NCBI GenBank assembly: GCA_964610345.1
Contig: CAZSVQ010000001.1
Location: forward strand, 280 to 62,348
DNA: 62,069 nucleotides
Source of the DNA: an uncultured Candidatus Saccharibacteria bacterium
GTDB taxonomy: Bacteria; Patescibacteriota; Saccharimonadia; Saccharimonadales; JAGQNJ01
Reading direction: 5' to 3'
In this document: piece by piece, positions 30,138 through 38,130 of the stretch
Position numbering within the stretch: the stretch's first letter is position 1
Layout: every line of letters begins with the position of its first letter
Made by a program: the position numbers and the translations under genes
Notes under the pieces: model-generated
Databases searched by the model: none
What the model saw: the letters and a program-made list of their open reading frames with translations, nothing else
What the model was told of the DNA's origin: nothing

Positions 30138-30245
30138 AAAAAGTGAGAAATGTGGTGGGGTAGGTTTAATTTAAAATAATTTGCTGAAAAATGATTAAAA
30201 TTTTAAAGATATTCTCAGACTGTAACTGGTATAATATACAACTAA

Positions 30246-30893
30246 ATGAAGAGGGTTAAAATAACACGCAAAACTAGCACTTTGTTATTAACTGTTGGCT
30301 TTGTGTTGGTAATTATTTTTGCCGGTGCTATATTTTTTAAGAACAAAAAAGAGCCTCAGCCACAAAATGAACCAACAATCACTTATTCTACTGACACACC
30401 AGACGAATCTAAGACCAACGCTGAAAATTATAACTGGAAAGGCGCGTTAGACGAGCCTAAAAAAATAAAAATTAATCAAATAAGTGTGGATGCATTCATA
30501 CAAAAAGCTGGTGTTGATCAAAAAAATCAAGTTGCTGTACCAAATAATGTGCATTTGGCTGGATGGTATAACCAAAGTCAAAAACCTGGCCAAAATGGGC
30601 TATCAATTATTGCTGGCCATGTAACTGGCAAGAAAAGCGACGGCGTATTTAAGCAATTAGGTGTTTTAAAAGCAGGTGATATATTTGAGATAGAACTTGG
30701 TAACGGTGAAGTAAAAAGCTACAAAGTAATCGAAACAAAACAAGTCAAAGAGGCAGAATCTGCCGGAGTGCTATTCTCTCAAAACCCTAAAGTAAAAAGT
30801 CAAGTTAATTTGATAACATGTGGCGGTTCTTTTAATAAAACCACCAATCAATATGATGATCGTATCATCGTTAGTGGTGAACTCCAAGTTTAA
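30246..30893 (+). CDS. Sortase-family transpeptidase (second copy, compact)
   Basis: TM anchor, His (IIAGHVTG), Cys (VNLITCGG) and Arg (DRIIVSGE). Confidence 0.8.
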   Translation: MKRVKITRKTSTLLLTVGFVLVIIFAGAIFFKNKKEPQPQNEPTITYSTDTPDESKTNAENYNWKGALDEPKKIKINQISVDAFIQKAGVDQKNQVAVPNNVHLAGWYNQSQKPGQNGLSIIAGHVTGKKSDGVFKQLGVLKAGDIFEIELGNGEVKSYKVIETKQVKEAESAGVLFSQNPKVKSQVNLITCGGSFNKTTNQYDDRIIVSGELQV

Positions 30894-30966
30894 TCATTGT
30901 ATACAGATTAATATTTTATTATACTTAAGCTTATGAAAAGTGTTAATAGCTGGGCAATAAATAGTT

Positions 30967-31434
30967 ATGCCTAGACTCCCAATTCCTGGTCAAGACGGTG
31001 GTACCTGGGGTAACTTACTCAATGAGTATTTGAGCGTATCACACAATTCAGACGGCACTATTAAATCGTCCGCTTTGCCGCCGGCACCGACAGATGGGGC
31101 TACCGGCGCTACTGGCCCAATTGGTGCGACCGGTGTTCAGGGTATTCCTGGATCAGATGGAGCAACCGGTGCTACGGGCTCTCAGGGTGTGGTGGGAGAC
31201 CAAGGATTTACAGGAGCGACGGGCCCAACTGGCATAGCTGGTTTGCCTGGTGCCACTGGTGCTGTTGGCGCCACTGGTGCCACAGGCGATAGCGGCACCT
31301 CACGTGTTTGGTTTTATGACACAGGTGATTATATAGAAAAGCCAAATGCACGAATATTTGTTGGCCCAGTTGATCCCGGTACAGAAGGCTTTACCTTAGC
31401 TGACGGTGATATTTGGGAAGACACTAGTGCATGA
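30967..31434 (+). CDS. Short collagen-like repeat protein with the conserved N-terminal LPIPG module
   Basis: [33 protein letters not shown], then about 22 G-X-Y triplets, then a ~45 aa tail. No signal peptide. Confidence 0.7.
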   Translation: MPRLPIPGQDGGTWGNLLNEYLSVSHNSDGTIKSSALPPAPTDGATGATGPIGATGVQGIPGSDGATGATGSQGVVGDQGFTGATGPTGIAGLPGATGAVGATGATGDSGTSRVWFYDTGDYIEKPNARIFVGPVDPGTEGFTLADGDIWEDTSA

Positions 31435-32402
31435 CTCGCAAGATTAGGCAAGGTGGCCAGTGGGTACAAGTCAGTGGGGCAAATATTGATTCAGTTGAAG
31501 TAGTGCAAAATTCTGTTGACGCTATCGACCCAAGTAAACTGTATCTTATAGCAAATAGTGTTACTCCGAGTGACTTGGTAACGTTTCGTGTAAATGGCAA
31601 GCTAGGTTCTGGCATCTGGTTCGGTGGCAATGAAATGTGGGTACCACCAGTGCAAGCTGTGGGTGGTGCAGAGACTGATATTATGGTTTCTGGCACCCCA
31701 TATCGGGTTCACACCTTCACTAGTAATCTTGATTTTGAAGTACTTGTCGCTTCACTCAACGTTGAGTATCTAATTGTTGGTGCTGGCGGTAATGGTGGAA
31801 CGGCTAATTCAGTAGGTCTTTATTATTCGGGTGGTGGGGGAGGAGCGGGTGGTGATGTGTTGGCAGGAGTAATCACGCTTGGTAATGGTATTTACGCTTG
31901 CACAGCAGGGGCAGGGTCTGATTCTTCAATAGCGAGCGTAGCGACAGCCACAAAAGGGGCTAATGGAGGTGCTGGGGCAAATCCTAAGGCGGGCAACGGT
32001 GGATCGAATACTAACTACACTGGTGGCGCGGGTCCAAGTTCAGCTAGTAATGTAACCGGTGGCGGTGGTGGTGCTGGGGCATCGGCCAACGGTTCAAATG
32101 GAAGTGTTTCAGGCTCATCAGCATCACAAACAGGAGGTGCCGGGGGAGAAGGGGTGCTCTCGTCTATAACAGGAACAGCTATTGTTTATGGATCTGGTGG
32201 TGGCGGAGGACATGGATATGGCAGCTTTGGAATAGCTCGGGCAGGCGGTACCGGTGCGGGTACAGGTGCAGCAGTCAATAATGCTACTGACCCAATAGCC
32301 AATCGTGGCGGTGGTGGAGGCGGTGCTGCTGGTTACTCTGGCCCGAAGAATGCATCCAATGGTGCTGCTGGAGTTATTATTATTAGGTATCCATTAGCAT
32401 GA
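31431..32402 (+). CDS. Glycine-rich domain protein (paralog 1)
   Basis: [40 protein letters not shown], followed by long GGxGG tracts. Its start overlaps the upstream stop (ATGA). Confidence 0.6.
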   Translation: MTRKIRQGGQWVQVSGANIDSVEVVQNSVDAIDPSKLYLIANSVTPSDLVTFRVNGKLGSGIWFGGNEMWVPPVQAVGGAETDIMVSGTPYRVHTFTSNLDFEVLVASLNVEYLIVGAGGNGGTANSVGLYYSGGGGGAGGDVLAGVITLGNGIYACTAGAGSDSSIASVATATKGANGGAGANPKAGNGGSNTNYTGGAGPSSASNVTGGGGGAGASANGSNGSVSGSSASQTGGAGGEGVLSSITGTAIVYGSGGGGGHGYGSFGIARAGGTGAGTGAAVNNATDPIANRGGGGGGAAGYSGPKNASNGAAGVIIIRYPLA

Positions 32403-32412
32403 GTATTACAAA

Positions 32413-33396
32413 GTGAGTAGCAGAAAAATCCGAAACGATGGCCAGTGGGTACAAATAGGTGGCACAGTAGATAGCGTACTGCCAATAACCCAATCTAATT
32501 ATGATGCATTGTCATCTAAAGATCCTAGTAAGATGTATGTTATTACGGATAGTGCTGGGGCAGCCTTAACGGCACAATCCTTTCGTGTCAACCAACGGCT
32601 CGTACAGAAGATAATGGTCGGAGACAATCAACTCTGGCAGCCTGTGGTTTTTGCCACCGGTGGTACAGTTACGGATATTGATGTGGGCGGTGTTATGTGG
32701 AGAGTTCATATATTTACATCGTCAGGGCAACTTGAGGTTTTACAAGATAACTTGAGTATTGAATATCTAGTTGTTGGCGGCGGTGGCGGCGGAGGTGTTC
32801 CATCCGGATACAGTGGCGGTGGCGGTGGTGCAGGGGGTTATCTTGAAGGAGCAATTTCGTTACCAATTTCTGTTATTAATATTTCTGTAGGAAACGGGGG
32901 AGCTGTTGGAAGTCAGGGTCAAAATTCTTCCATCGATTCTAGTGTGATATCGATTGGTGGTGGTGCTGGAGGAAATGGAACTTCAGGTTCTGGAGGATTG
33001 GGTGGATCTGGCGGGGGCGGAACTTATAATTTAGGTTCTGCAGGAGCTGCAACAAGTGGTCAAGGCAATCCTGGCGGTCCCGGAGCAGCAAGTGCGGGTA
33101 TAAGTGGTGGCGGTGGGGGTGCAGCTGGAAGTGGGAGCGAATACGGAAACGGTGGTAACGGACGTCAATCCTCAATTACAGGTACTCTTCAATACTATGC
33201 AGGCGGTGGTGGAGGCGGTCGCTACAGTGGCAGTAGCGGAGGACCTGGTGGTGGCGGCATCGGTGGTGGCGGCGACGGAGGCAAAGGAAGTGCAGCAGTT
33301 GCAGGGACACCAAATTCTGGCGGCGGCGGTGGCGGCGGCGGAACTGCAGCTGCAGGTGGTTCAGGTATAGTAATTGTTCGCTACCAGTTTGGCTGA
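32413..33396 (+). CDS. Glycine-rich domain protein (paralog 2, GTG start)
   Basis: RKIRNDGQWVQI..WRVHIFTSSGQLEVL..IEYLVVGGGGGGG, and it ends GSGIVIVRY as paralog 1 ends AGVIIIRY. Confidence 0.6.
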   Translation: MSSRKIRNDGQWVQIGGTVDSVLPITQSNYDALSSKDPSKMYVITDSAGAALTAQSFRVNQRLVQKIMVGDNQLWQPVVFATGGTVTDIDVGGVMWRVHIFTSSGQLEVLQDNLSIEYLVVGGGGGGGVPSGYSGGGGGAGGYLEGAISLPISVINISVGNGGAVGSQGQNSSIDSSVISIGGGAGGNGTSGSGGLGGSGGGGTYNLGSAGAATSGQGNPGGPGAASAGISGGGGGAAGSGSEYGNGGNGRQSSITGTLQYYAGGGGGGRYSGSSGGPGGGGIGGGGDGGKGSAAVAGTPNSGGGGGGGGTAAAGGSGIVIVRYQFG

Positions 33397-33428
33397 TATG
33401 TATACAATGGTCATGGTAAGATATCACT

Positions 33429-34592
33429 ATGGCAAAAATGCGAGAGCAAATGACGTTTCATGTTGTTTCTTTACCTCATACTCAAACAACGCTAGAGTAC
33501 GAGGCTTGTGCTTACACATCAAAGGTTCGTAAATTTTGCAACATGATGAAATCGCTCGGACATACAGTTTACCTTTATGCTTCAGAGGAAAACGAGGCAG
33601 ACGTTGATGAGTTAATAACTACTGCATCAAAAAAAGATCAACAAAAATGGTTTGGCAATAATAACTTTAAGCAAAACTTTTTTAATTTAACTTGGGATGC
33701 AAAAGATGAACATTGGCAAGTTACCAACAAACGTTCCATTACGGCCATAAAAAAACGCATTAGCAAAAAGGATTTTATCTGCTTAATTGGTGGTGTTTGT
33801 CAAAAGCAAATTGCCGATGCTTTTCCGGCACATATGTCGGTAGAATACGGAATAGGCTATGAGGGCGTTTTTGCACCGTACCGGGTTTACGAATCATATT
33901 CACATATGCATTTTGTTCAAGGCAAACTAAATGATGACAATGGTAGATTTTTTGATGCGGTTATTCCTAATTATTTTGAGCCAGAAAACTTCCCTTTCAA
34001 AAATGTAAAAGAAGATTACTTTTTGTTTTTAGGACGATTTATTGAACGAAAGGGTTTAGAAATTGCGGTTGAAGTTACACGCCGGATGGGCAAAAAATTA
34101 GTCATGGCCGGGCAGGGAGTACGTGAAGTTAAAGGTAATAAAATTATTGGTGATAACTTTACCGTAGCAGGTGACCATATTATTCATCTTGGTCATGCTG
34201 ATGTTAAGCAGCGAGCGGCACTACTTCGTAATGCTACGGCCACATTCATGGCTACTACTTATTTGGAGCCGTTTGGTGGCGTAGCAATAGAAAGCTTAAT
34301 GTGCGGGACGCCAGTTATTGCTACTGATTTTGGGGCTTTTGTAGAGAATATTCAACATGGAGTTCATGGATATCGGTTTAGAACAATCGGTGAGGCAGAA
34401 TGGGCGGCAAAAAATGTTCACAAACTAAATAACAAGAAAATCCACGAATATGCTGTTAAGAATTTCAGCGTAGATAGGGTTAAATACCAGTACCAGGCAT
34501 ATTTTGAACAACTGCTAACTTTATGGGAAGATGGTTTTTACTCTAAATGGGACAGGGGTGTATCAAAATATAAACGCTATTTTCGCTCATGA
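33429..34592 (+). CDS. GT-B fold glycosyltransferase (GT4/GT1-like)
   Basis: EPFGGVAIESLMCGTPVIATDFGAFVENIQHGVHGY is an E-x7-E-type GT4 motif. 387 aa. Confidence 0.7.
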   Translation: MAKMREQMTFHVVSLPHTQTTLEYEACAYTSKVRKFCNMMKSLGHTVYLYASEENEADVDELITTASKKDQQKWFGNNNFKQNFFNLTWDAKDEHWQVTNKRSITAIKKRISKKDFICLIGGVCQKQIADAFPAHMSVEYGIGYEGVFAPYRVYESYSHMHFVQGKLNDDNGRFFDAVIPNYFEPENFPFKNVKEDYFLFLGRFIERKGLEIAVEVTRRMGKKLVMAGQGVREVKGNKIIGDNFTVAGDHIIHLGHADVKQRAALLRNATATFMATTYLEPFGGVAIESLMCGTPVIATDFGAFVENIQHGVHGYRFRTIGEAEWAAKNVHKLNNKKIHEYAVKNFSVDRVKYQYQAYFEQLLTLWEDGFYSKWDRGVSKYKRYFRS

Positions 34593-34618
34593 TTTGTTAT
34601 CCATGTTAGCAGTATTTA

Positions 34619-34951
34619 TTAACAATTTAATGATTCGCCAATAGAGTATTTTGCACCCCAGTTGGCCATTTGGCGCAGAACTCCATGTAGTTCTGAACCT
34701 TTTTTGGTAATTTGATAACGGTAGCGTGGCGGGTGTTCACAGTATTGGCTCTTTGATATTATTTGCTCGGACTCTAATTTGTCAAGACGTTGGCTGAGGG
34801 TGCGAGGGCTAATGCTGTCAAGGGCATGTTCTAGTTCAGAAAATGTTGCTTGACTTTTTGACAGTTCTAGTAAAATGCGAGCAGTCCATTTGTCACCAAT
34901 TATTTGCAAAGTCCTTTGTACGCAACCTGGGCGTTTTTCTATCGGTTTCAT
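34619..34951 (-). CDS. HxlR-family winged-helix transcriptional regulator
   Basis: C..RTLQIIGDKWTARILLEL...FSELEHAL.SISPRTLSQRLDKLESEQII...PPRYRYQITKKG. Confidence 0.85.
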   Translation of the reverse strand: MKPIEKRPGCVQRTLQIIGDKWTARILLELSKSQATFSELEHALDSISPRTLSQRLDKLESEQIISKSQYCEHPPRYRYQITKKGSELHGVLRQMANWGAKYSIGESLNC

Positions 34952-35030
34952 GAGTTACATTATAATACACTTTACAAAGTATAGCTAGTAACTATACAAT
35001 GTATAGCGTAATTTAATTTAAGGAGAAACA

Positions 35031-35603
35031 ATGAATTTAAAAATTGGAATTATAATTGGTAGCACAAGGCCTACCCGCGCTGGTAAAACCATTACTGATT
35101 GGTTTTATTCACAGGTTAAAGATACACCAGATGTTAAGTTTGATATTATTGACTTAAAAACAGAAAACTTACCATTTTTGAGCGAACCACAATCGGCAGT
35201 TACGGGAGTTTATGAGCAAGAAAAGTCTAGAGCTTGGAGCAAGAAAATTGCTAATTATGACGGTTTTGTTTTTGTAACTTCAGAATACAACCACGGTTAC
35301 CCAGCACCACTTAAAAACGCAATTGATACTTTGTTTCATGAATGGAGCAAAAAGCCGGTAGCTTTTGTTGGTTATGGCGGCCTTGGTGGTAGCCGAGCTA
35401 TTGAACAGCTCATTCCGGTAATCGCCAGAACAGGCGCCGTGCCTTTGGCTGCCCCAACATTAAATATAACCAATGTTTGGTCTGCTATTGATGACGCTGG
35501 CAATGTTAAGCCAGAAAATATTATGGGTGACCATGAAAAACTAGTTGAAAACCTAATTTGGTGGGCAAAGACTTTAAAACCATCTCGAGAATCAGTCAAA
35601 TAA
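35031..35603 (+). CDS. NADPH-dependent FMN reductase family oxidoreductase
   Basis: IGIIIGSTRPTRAG...FVFVTSEYNHGYPAPLKNAID...VGYGGLGG. Classic divergent pairing with HxlR. Confidence 0.85.
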   Translation: MNLKIGIIIGSTRPTRAGKTITDWFYSQVKDTPDVKFDIIDLKTENLPFLSEPQSAVTGVYEQEKSRAWSKKIANYDGFVFVTSEYNHGYPAPLKNAIDTLFHEWSKKPVAFVGYGGLGGSRAIEQLIPVIARTGAVPLAAPTLNITNVWSAIDDAGNVKPENIMGDHEKLVENLIWWAKTLKPSRESVK

Positions 35604-35685
35604 TCAAACTTAAATAGATCTAACAAGCAAAAAGCTGTTATTGCTCATGCTTGCGCATTAGTAAAAAACCTGTTATTGTCGCCTC

Positions 35686-36117
35686 ATGAACGTTTTTGAG
35701 CGGTTTCCGTTACCAGAAATCCCAGAATCAAAGGAAGGTATTGCACCCGCAGATCAATTTGCCGAAGAAATTGAATTGCGGGTAGCTACCTTAAACGACT
35801 GTGTTGAAGATTTAATTGAGCGACGAATGACTTTTGCGCCCTACACTTTAATAACCATTGAGGGACAAAGGAATAATTTTATTCAACATTACTGCATGCT
35901 TAAATTTTTGAGTCAACGTAATTTACTCGATAGATATTATGAAGATGCTAGCGCTATAAGATATAAAAATAGAACCGACTGGGAGGTAGTGCTAAATCGT
36001 CCATTGTCCGGTACTAGTTTGACAGAAGAATATAGAATTGAAAGCCGAGAACCAAATAGTATGACAGATAGCGATAGGCACTTGTTTATTTTAAGATATA
36101 AACTTAATAAATTTTAA
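35686..36117 (+). CDS. Hypothetical cytoplasmic protein
   Basis: 143 aa ORF with reasonable coding appearance. No family recognised. Confidence 0.35.
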   Translation: MNVFERFPLPEIPESKEGIAPADQFAEEIELRVATLNDCVEDLIERRMTFAPYTLITIEGQRNNFIQHYCMLKFLSQRNLLDRYYEDASAIRYKNRTDWEVVLNRPLSGTSLTEEYRIESREPNSMTDSDRHLFILRYKLNKF

Positions 36118-36173
36118 ACTAAATAAAAACAGCTTTTGAATGTATTAAACATAAAACTGTTTTTGATATGTTT

Positions 36174-36859
36174 TGGTGGGGGTGGTTGGAATTGAACCAA
36201 CGACCAATCGGTTATGCGTACCACTACAACTTTAGTTGCCCCTTTCGGGTTTGATGGTCTGGACTGTCTCTTCATCCTTCTTAGCCACTAAGGCTACGAA
36301 GGAGCCTGCCGTACAGTCTCTACACCTTCCCGCTGATAAGCGGGCTTGGCTCGGGATTGCCATTTTAAAGGGTTCCCCGAATTTGACAAGATATACTTAT
36401 CGGTTGCCCGATAAGCAGCCCTAAACAATTGTGCATATCTAGTATAAACTACAGTTATGAATAAAGAGTCTAGCTGCAAGATCTGTAGCAAAACCCTCAA
36501 AGGTAGACAAACATTCTTTTGCTCGATTAAATGCAAAAATGCTGCACATTAATCTTATCCAGCCCAGAATAAATGAGGGCTAGAACGCAAACTTCACTAT
36601 GTAGAGAAGCTTGGCGGAAAATGCTCAAAGTGCGGTTATGCTAAGAATCTTGCTGCTCTAGCTTTTCACCATTTGAATGGTAAAGAATTTCAGCTGGATG
36701 CCCGCGCTCTATCTAACCGTAGGTTGAATCCTATTCTAGAAGAGATCGCAAAATGCGTTCTACTCTGTCATAACTGTCATGCTGAGACACATAATCCCAG
36801 TTTAGACTTAGCTAAATTGTCAATTGAGCCGACTGCTCTAACCACTGAGCTACACCCCC
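36174..36859 (-). tRNA. tRNA with CAU anticodon (elongator Met or Ile2/lysidine type), interrupted by an intron; exons 36859..36827 and 36216..36174
   Basis: The joined exons give a perfect 76-nt cloverleaf: GGGGGTG-TA-GCTC-AGTGGTTA-GAGC-A-GTCGG-CTCATAA-CCGAT-TGGTC-GTTGG-TTCAATT-CCAAC-CACCCCC-A-CCA. G1-C72 is paired, so this is not an initiator. Overall it is closest by eye to E. coli tRNA-Ile2. Confidence 0.85.
36217..36826 (-). mobile_element. Group I (IC3-like) self-splicing intron in the tRNA anticodon loop
   Basis: The minus strand carries the conserved core strings GUCAAAUUCGGGGAACC (36371-36387), AUGGCAAUCCCGAGCCAAGCCCG (36341-36363), GGAAGGUGUAGAGACUGUACGGCAGG (36305-36330) and AAGAGACAGUCCAGACC (36256-36272). 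These closely match the Azoarcus tRNA-Ile and cyanobacterial tRNA-Leu introns. GNRA-capped hairpins are present (CUUAUCGG-GCAA-CCGAUAAG; CCC-GAAA-GGG). The exon ends in U and the intron ends in G. Confidence 0.8.
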
Positions 36860-36867
36860 TTGTATAG
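36457..36867 (+). pseudogene. Decayed HNH homing-endonuclease ORF, antisense to the intron
   Basis: A single frame reads MNKESSCKICSKTLKGRQTFFCSIKCKNAAH*SYPAQNK*GLERKLHYVEKLGGKCSKCGYAKNLAALAFHHLNGKEFQLDARALSNRR...KCVLLCHNCHAETHN. In-frame stops are TAA at 36550 and TGA at 36574. The tail of the ORF runs by chance through the tRNA 5' exon. Confidence 0.7.
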
Positions 36868-37057
36868 TTGTGAATTATATTCAACCATCATCAAGATTGT
36901 TAATAGTTAGAAAATAATTACAGAATTACAGATTATAAAGTGAACTTTATAATCTGGTGTAGCTAGGAACTTTGCTTAAATACTTAAAATTCATATGTAA
37001 GCAACAGAGTGGATTATAACAGAAAAACGATTCAGTATATAATGGTTACGGATAATT

Positions 37058-37501
37058 ATGATACAAAAAATAATTCAACAAACCCTACATTTTATACGTC
37101 GACTAACTGACATGCGTTTTTTGGGTCAAGTAATCTTCGTAATTATTATTCTGTTAGTCAGCTGGAGTACAGCCAAAGCTATTCAACAAAATTATGATAT
37201 TCAAAAACAAGTTGCATCAAAGCAAAAAGAAAACGATGTCCAAAAACTTAAAAACGAAAACTTAAAAATTAAGAATAAATACCTTGAAACAGATGAATAT
37301 TTAGAACTTACCGCTCGACGCCGGTTAGGCAAAGCGGCACCTGGTGAAACTTTAGTAATAATCTCTAAAGAAGTTGCATTGCGTAACACTGTAGAAAGTA
37401 GTATAAAGCCCGACGAGCAAATCCAGCAAGAAGCTGATGAAACCAAACCAACCTACCAACGCAACTTAGAGGCTTGGTCTAGGTTTTTCTTCCGTCACTA
37501 A
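37058..37501 (+). CDS. Septum formation initiator family protein (FtsB/DivIC-like)
   Basis: N-terminal TM, coiled coil, then DEYLELTARRRLGKAAPGETLVI. Confidence 0.6.
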   Translation: MIQKIIQQTLHFIRRLTDMRFLGQVIFVIIILLVSWSTAKAIQQNYDIQKQVASKQKENDVQKLKNENLKIKNKYLETDEYLELTARRRLGKAAPGETLVIISKEVALRNTVESSIKPDEQIQQEADETKPTYQRNLEAWSRFFFRH

Positions 37502-37881
37502 ATTTGAATTAGGTCTGAACTATTAACTTTAAAATAGTTTCTTGAAATTGGCTAACTATTAGGTAGCCTATGCCAAAAGCTATTAAAAAACTAATAGCCA
37601 GTATCAATAAATTGTGTGTTAAAGAATTTTCCACCTTCTTTTTCATACTTTAATATTAACAGAAAAAATAAATCCCAGATACAAATATTGGTTACAACAA
37701 TAAAAAAGATTCAGATAAAACGGGTCACTTTTGTTGTTTGCGGGACTAAGGCTGGTAACGAGTTGTCCGCTTTGTACTATGCTCGAAGTAAACTATTGCA
37801 CGCAGAAGTTTGCGAACGCACCTCGGACAATTATACTTTCTGAGAAAAACTGAGCCACAGAATCAAGCCTAGCTCATAATA

Positions 37882-37907
37882 TGAAAAAGACCCCACTTGG
37901 AGTGGGG
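37882..37907 (-). terminator. Rho-independent terminator downstream of tRNA-fMet (hairpin usable from both strands)
   Basis: CCCCACT-TGG-AGTGGGG stem, followed on the minus strand by TCTTTTTT. Confidence 0.65.
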
Positions 37908-37916
37908 TACTTTTCA

Positions 37917-37991
37917 TGGTTGCGGGACCAGGACTCGAACCTGGGACCTCGTGGTTATGAGCCACGCGAGCTGCCGCTGCTCCATCCCGCG
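37917..37991 (-). tRNA. Initiator tRNA-fMet (CAU), CCA encoded
   Basis: CGCGGGATGGAGCAGCGGCAGCTCGCGTGGCTCATAACCACGAGGTCCCAGGTTCGAGTCCTGGTCCCGCAACCA. It has the C1-A72 mismatch and strongly resembles E. coli tRNA-fMet. Confidence 0.9.
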
Positions 37992-38130
37992 TCGGCGGTT
38001 ATAAAGTTGTAAAATGATGCAAACTTACAACTTAGCAAACACTATAATACTAAACAGGGGTAGGATTGTCAATAATCCAAGAGAGGATTATTTTACTTAT
38101 TAAGCAACAGCGGTTATGCTATAAGTACAT

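Noticed and set aside
32939-33427. Three overlapping ORFs (32939-33175 -, 33104-33370 +, 33176-33427 -) in the second glycine-rich gene
   Set aside because: Artefacts of GGN-rich low-complexity DNA (His/Arg/Leu-rich nonsense translations). The Gly frame is the one paralogous to the upstream gene over its full length.
36236-36536. ORFs 36236-36424 (+) and 36294-36536 (-) between the tRNA halves
   Set aside because: They cover the catalytic core of the group I intron, whose conservation is at the RNA level. The translations have no protein-like features.
36550-36576. Possibility that the in-frame TAA/TGA in the HNH ORF reflect an alternative genetic code (for example UGA=Gly as in some CPR lineages)
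   Set aside because: Many conserved genes in this window terminate at TGA or TAA at the expected length (ruvA, tsaE, recA, rny and others), and a TAA is also present. Pseudogenisation is the simpler explanation.
37616-37843. 75-aa ORF and possible ncRNA in the 415-nt gap between the ftsB-like gene and tRNA-fMet
   Set aside because: The ORF has no RBS and a non-protein-like sequence. I looked for SRP RNA, 6S, tmRNA and RNase P signatures and found none. A 45-aa single-TM ORF on the minus strand (37509-37646) exists but lacks a convincing RBS, so I did not call it.
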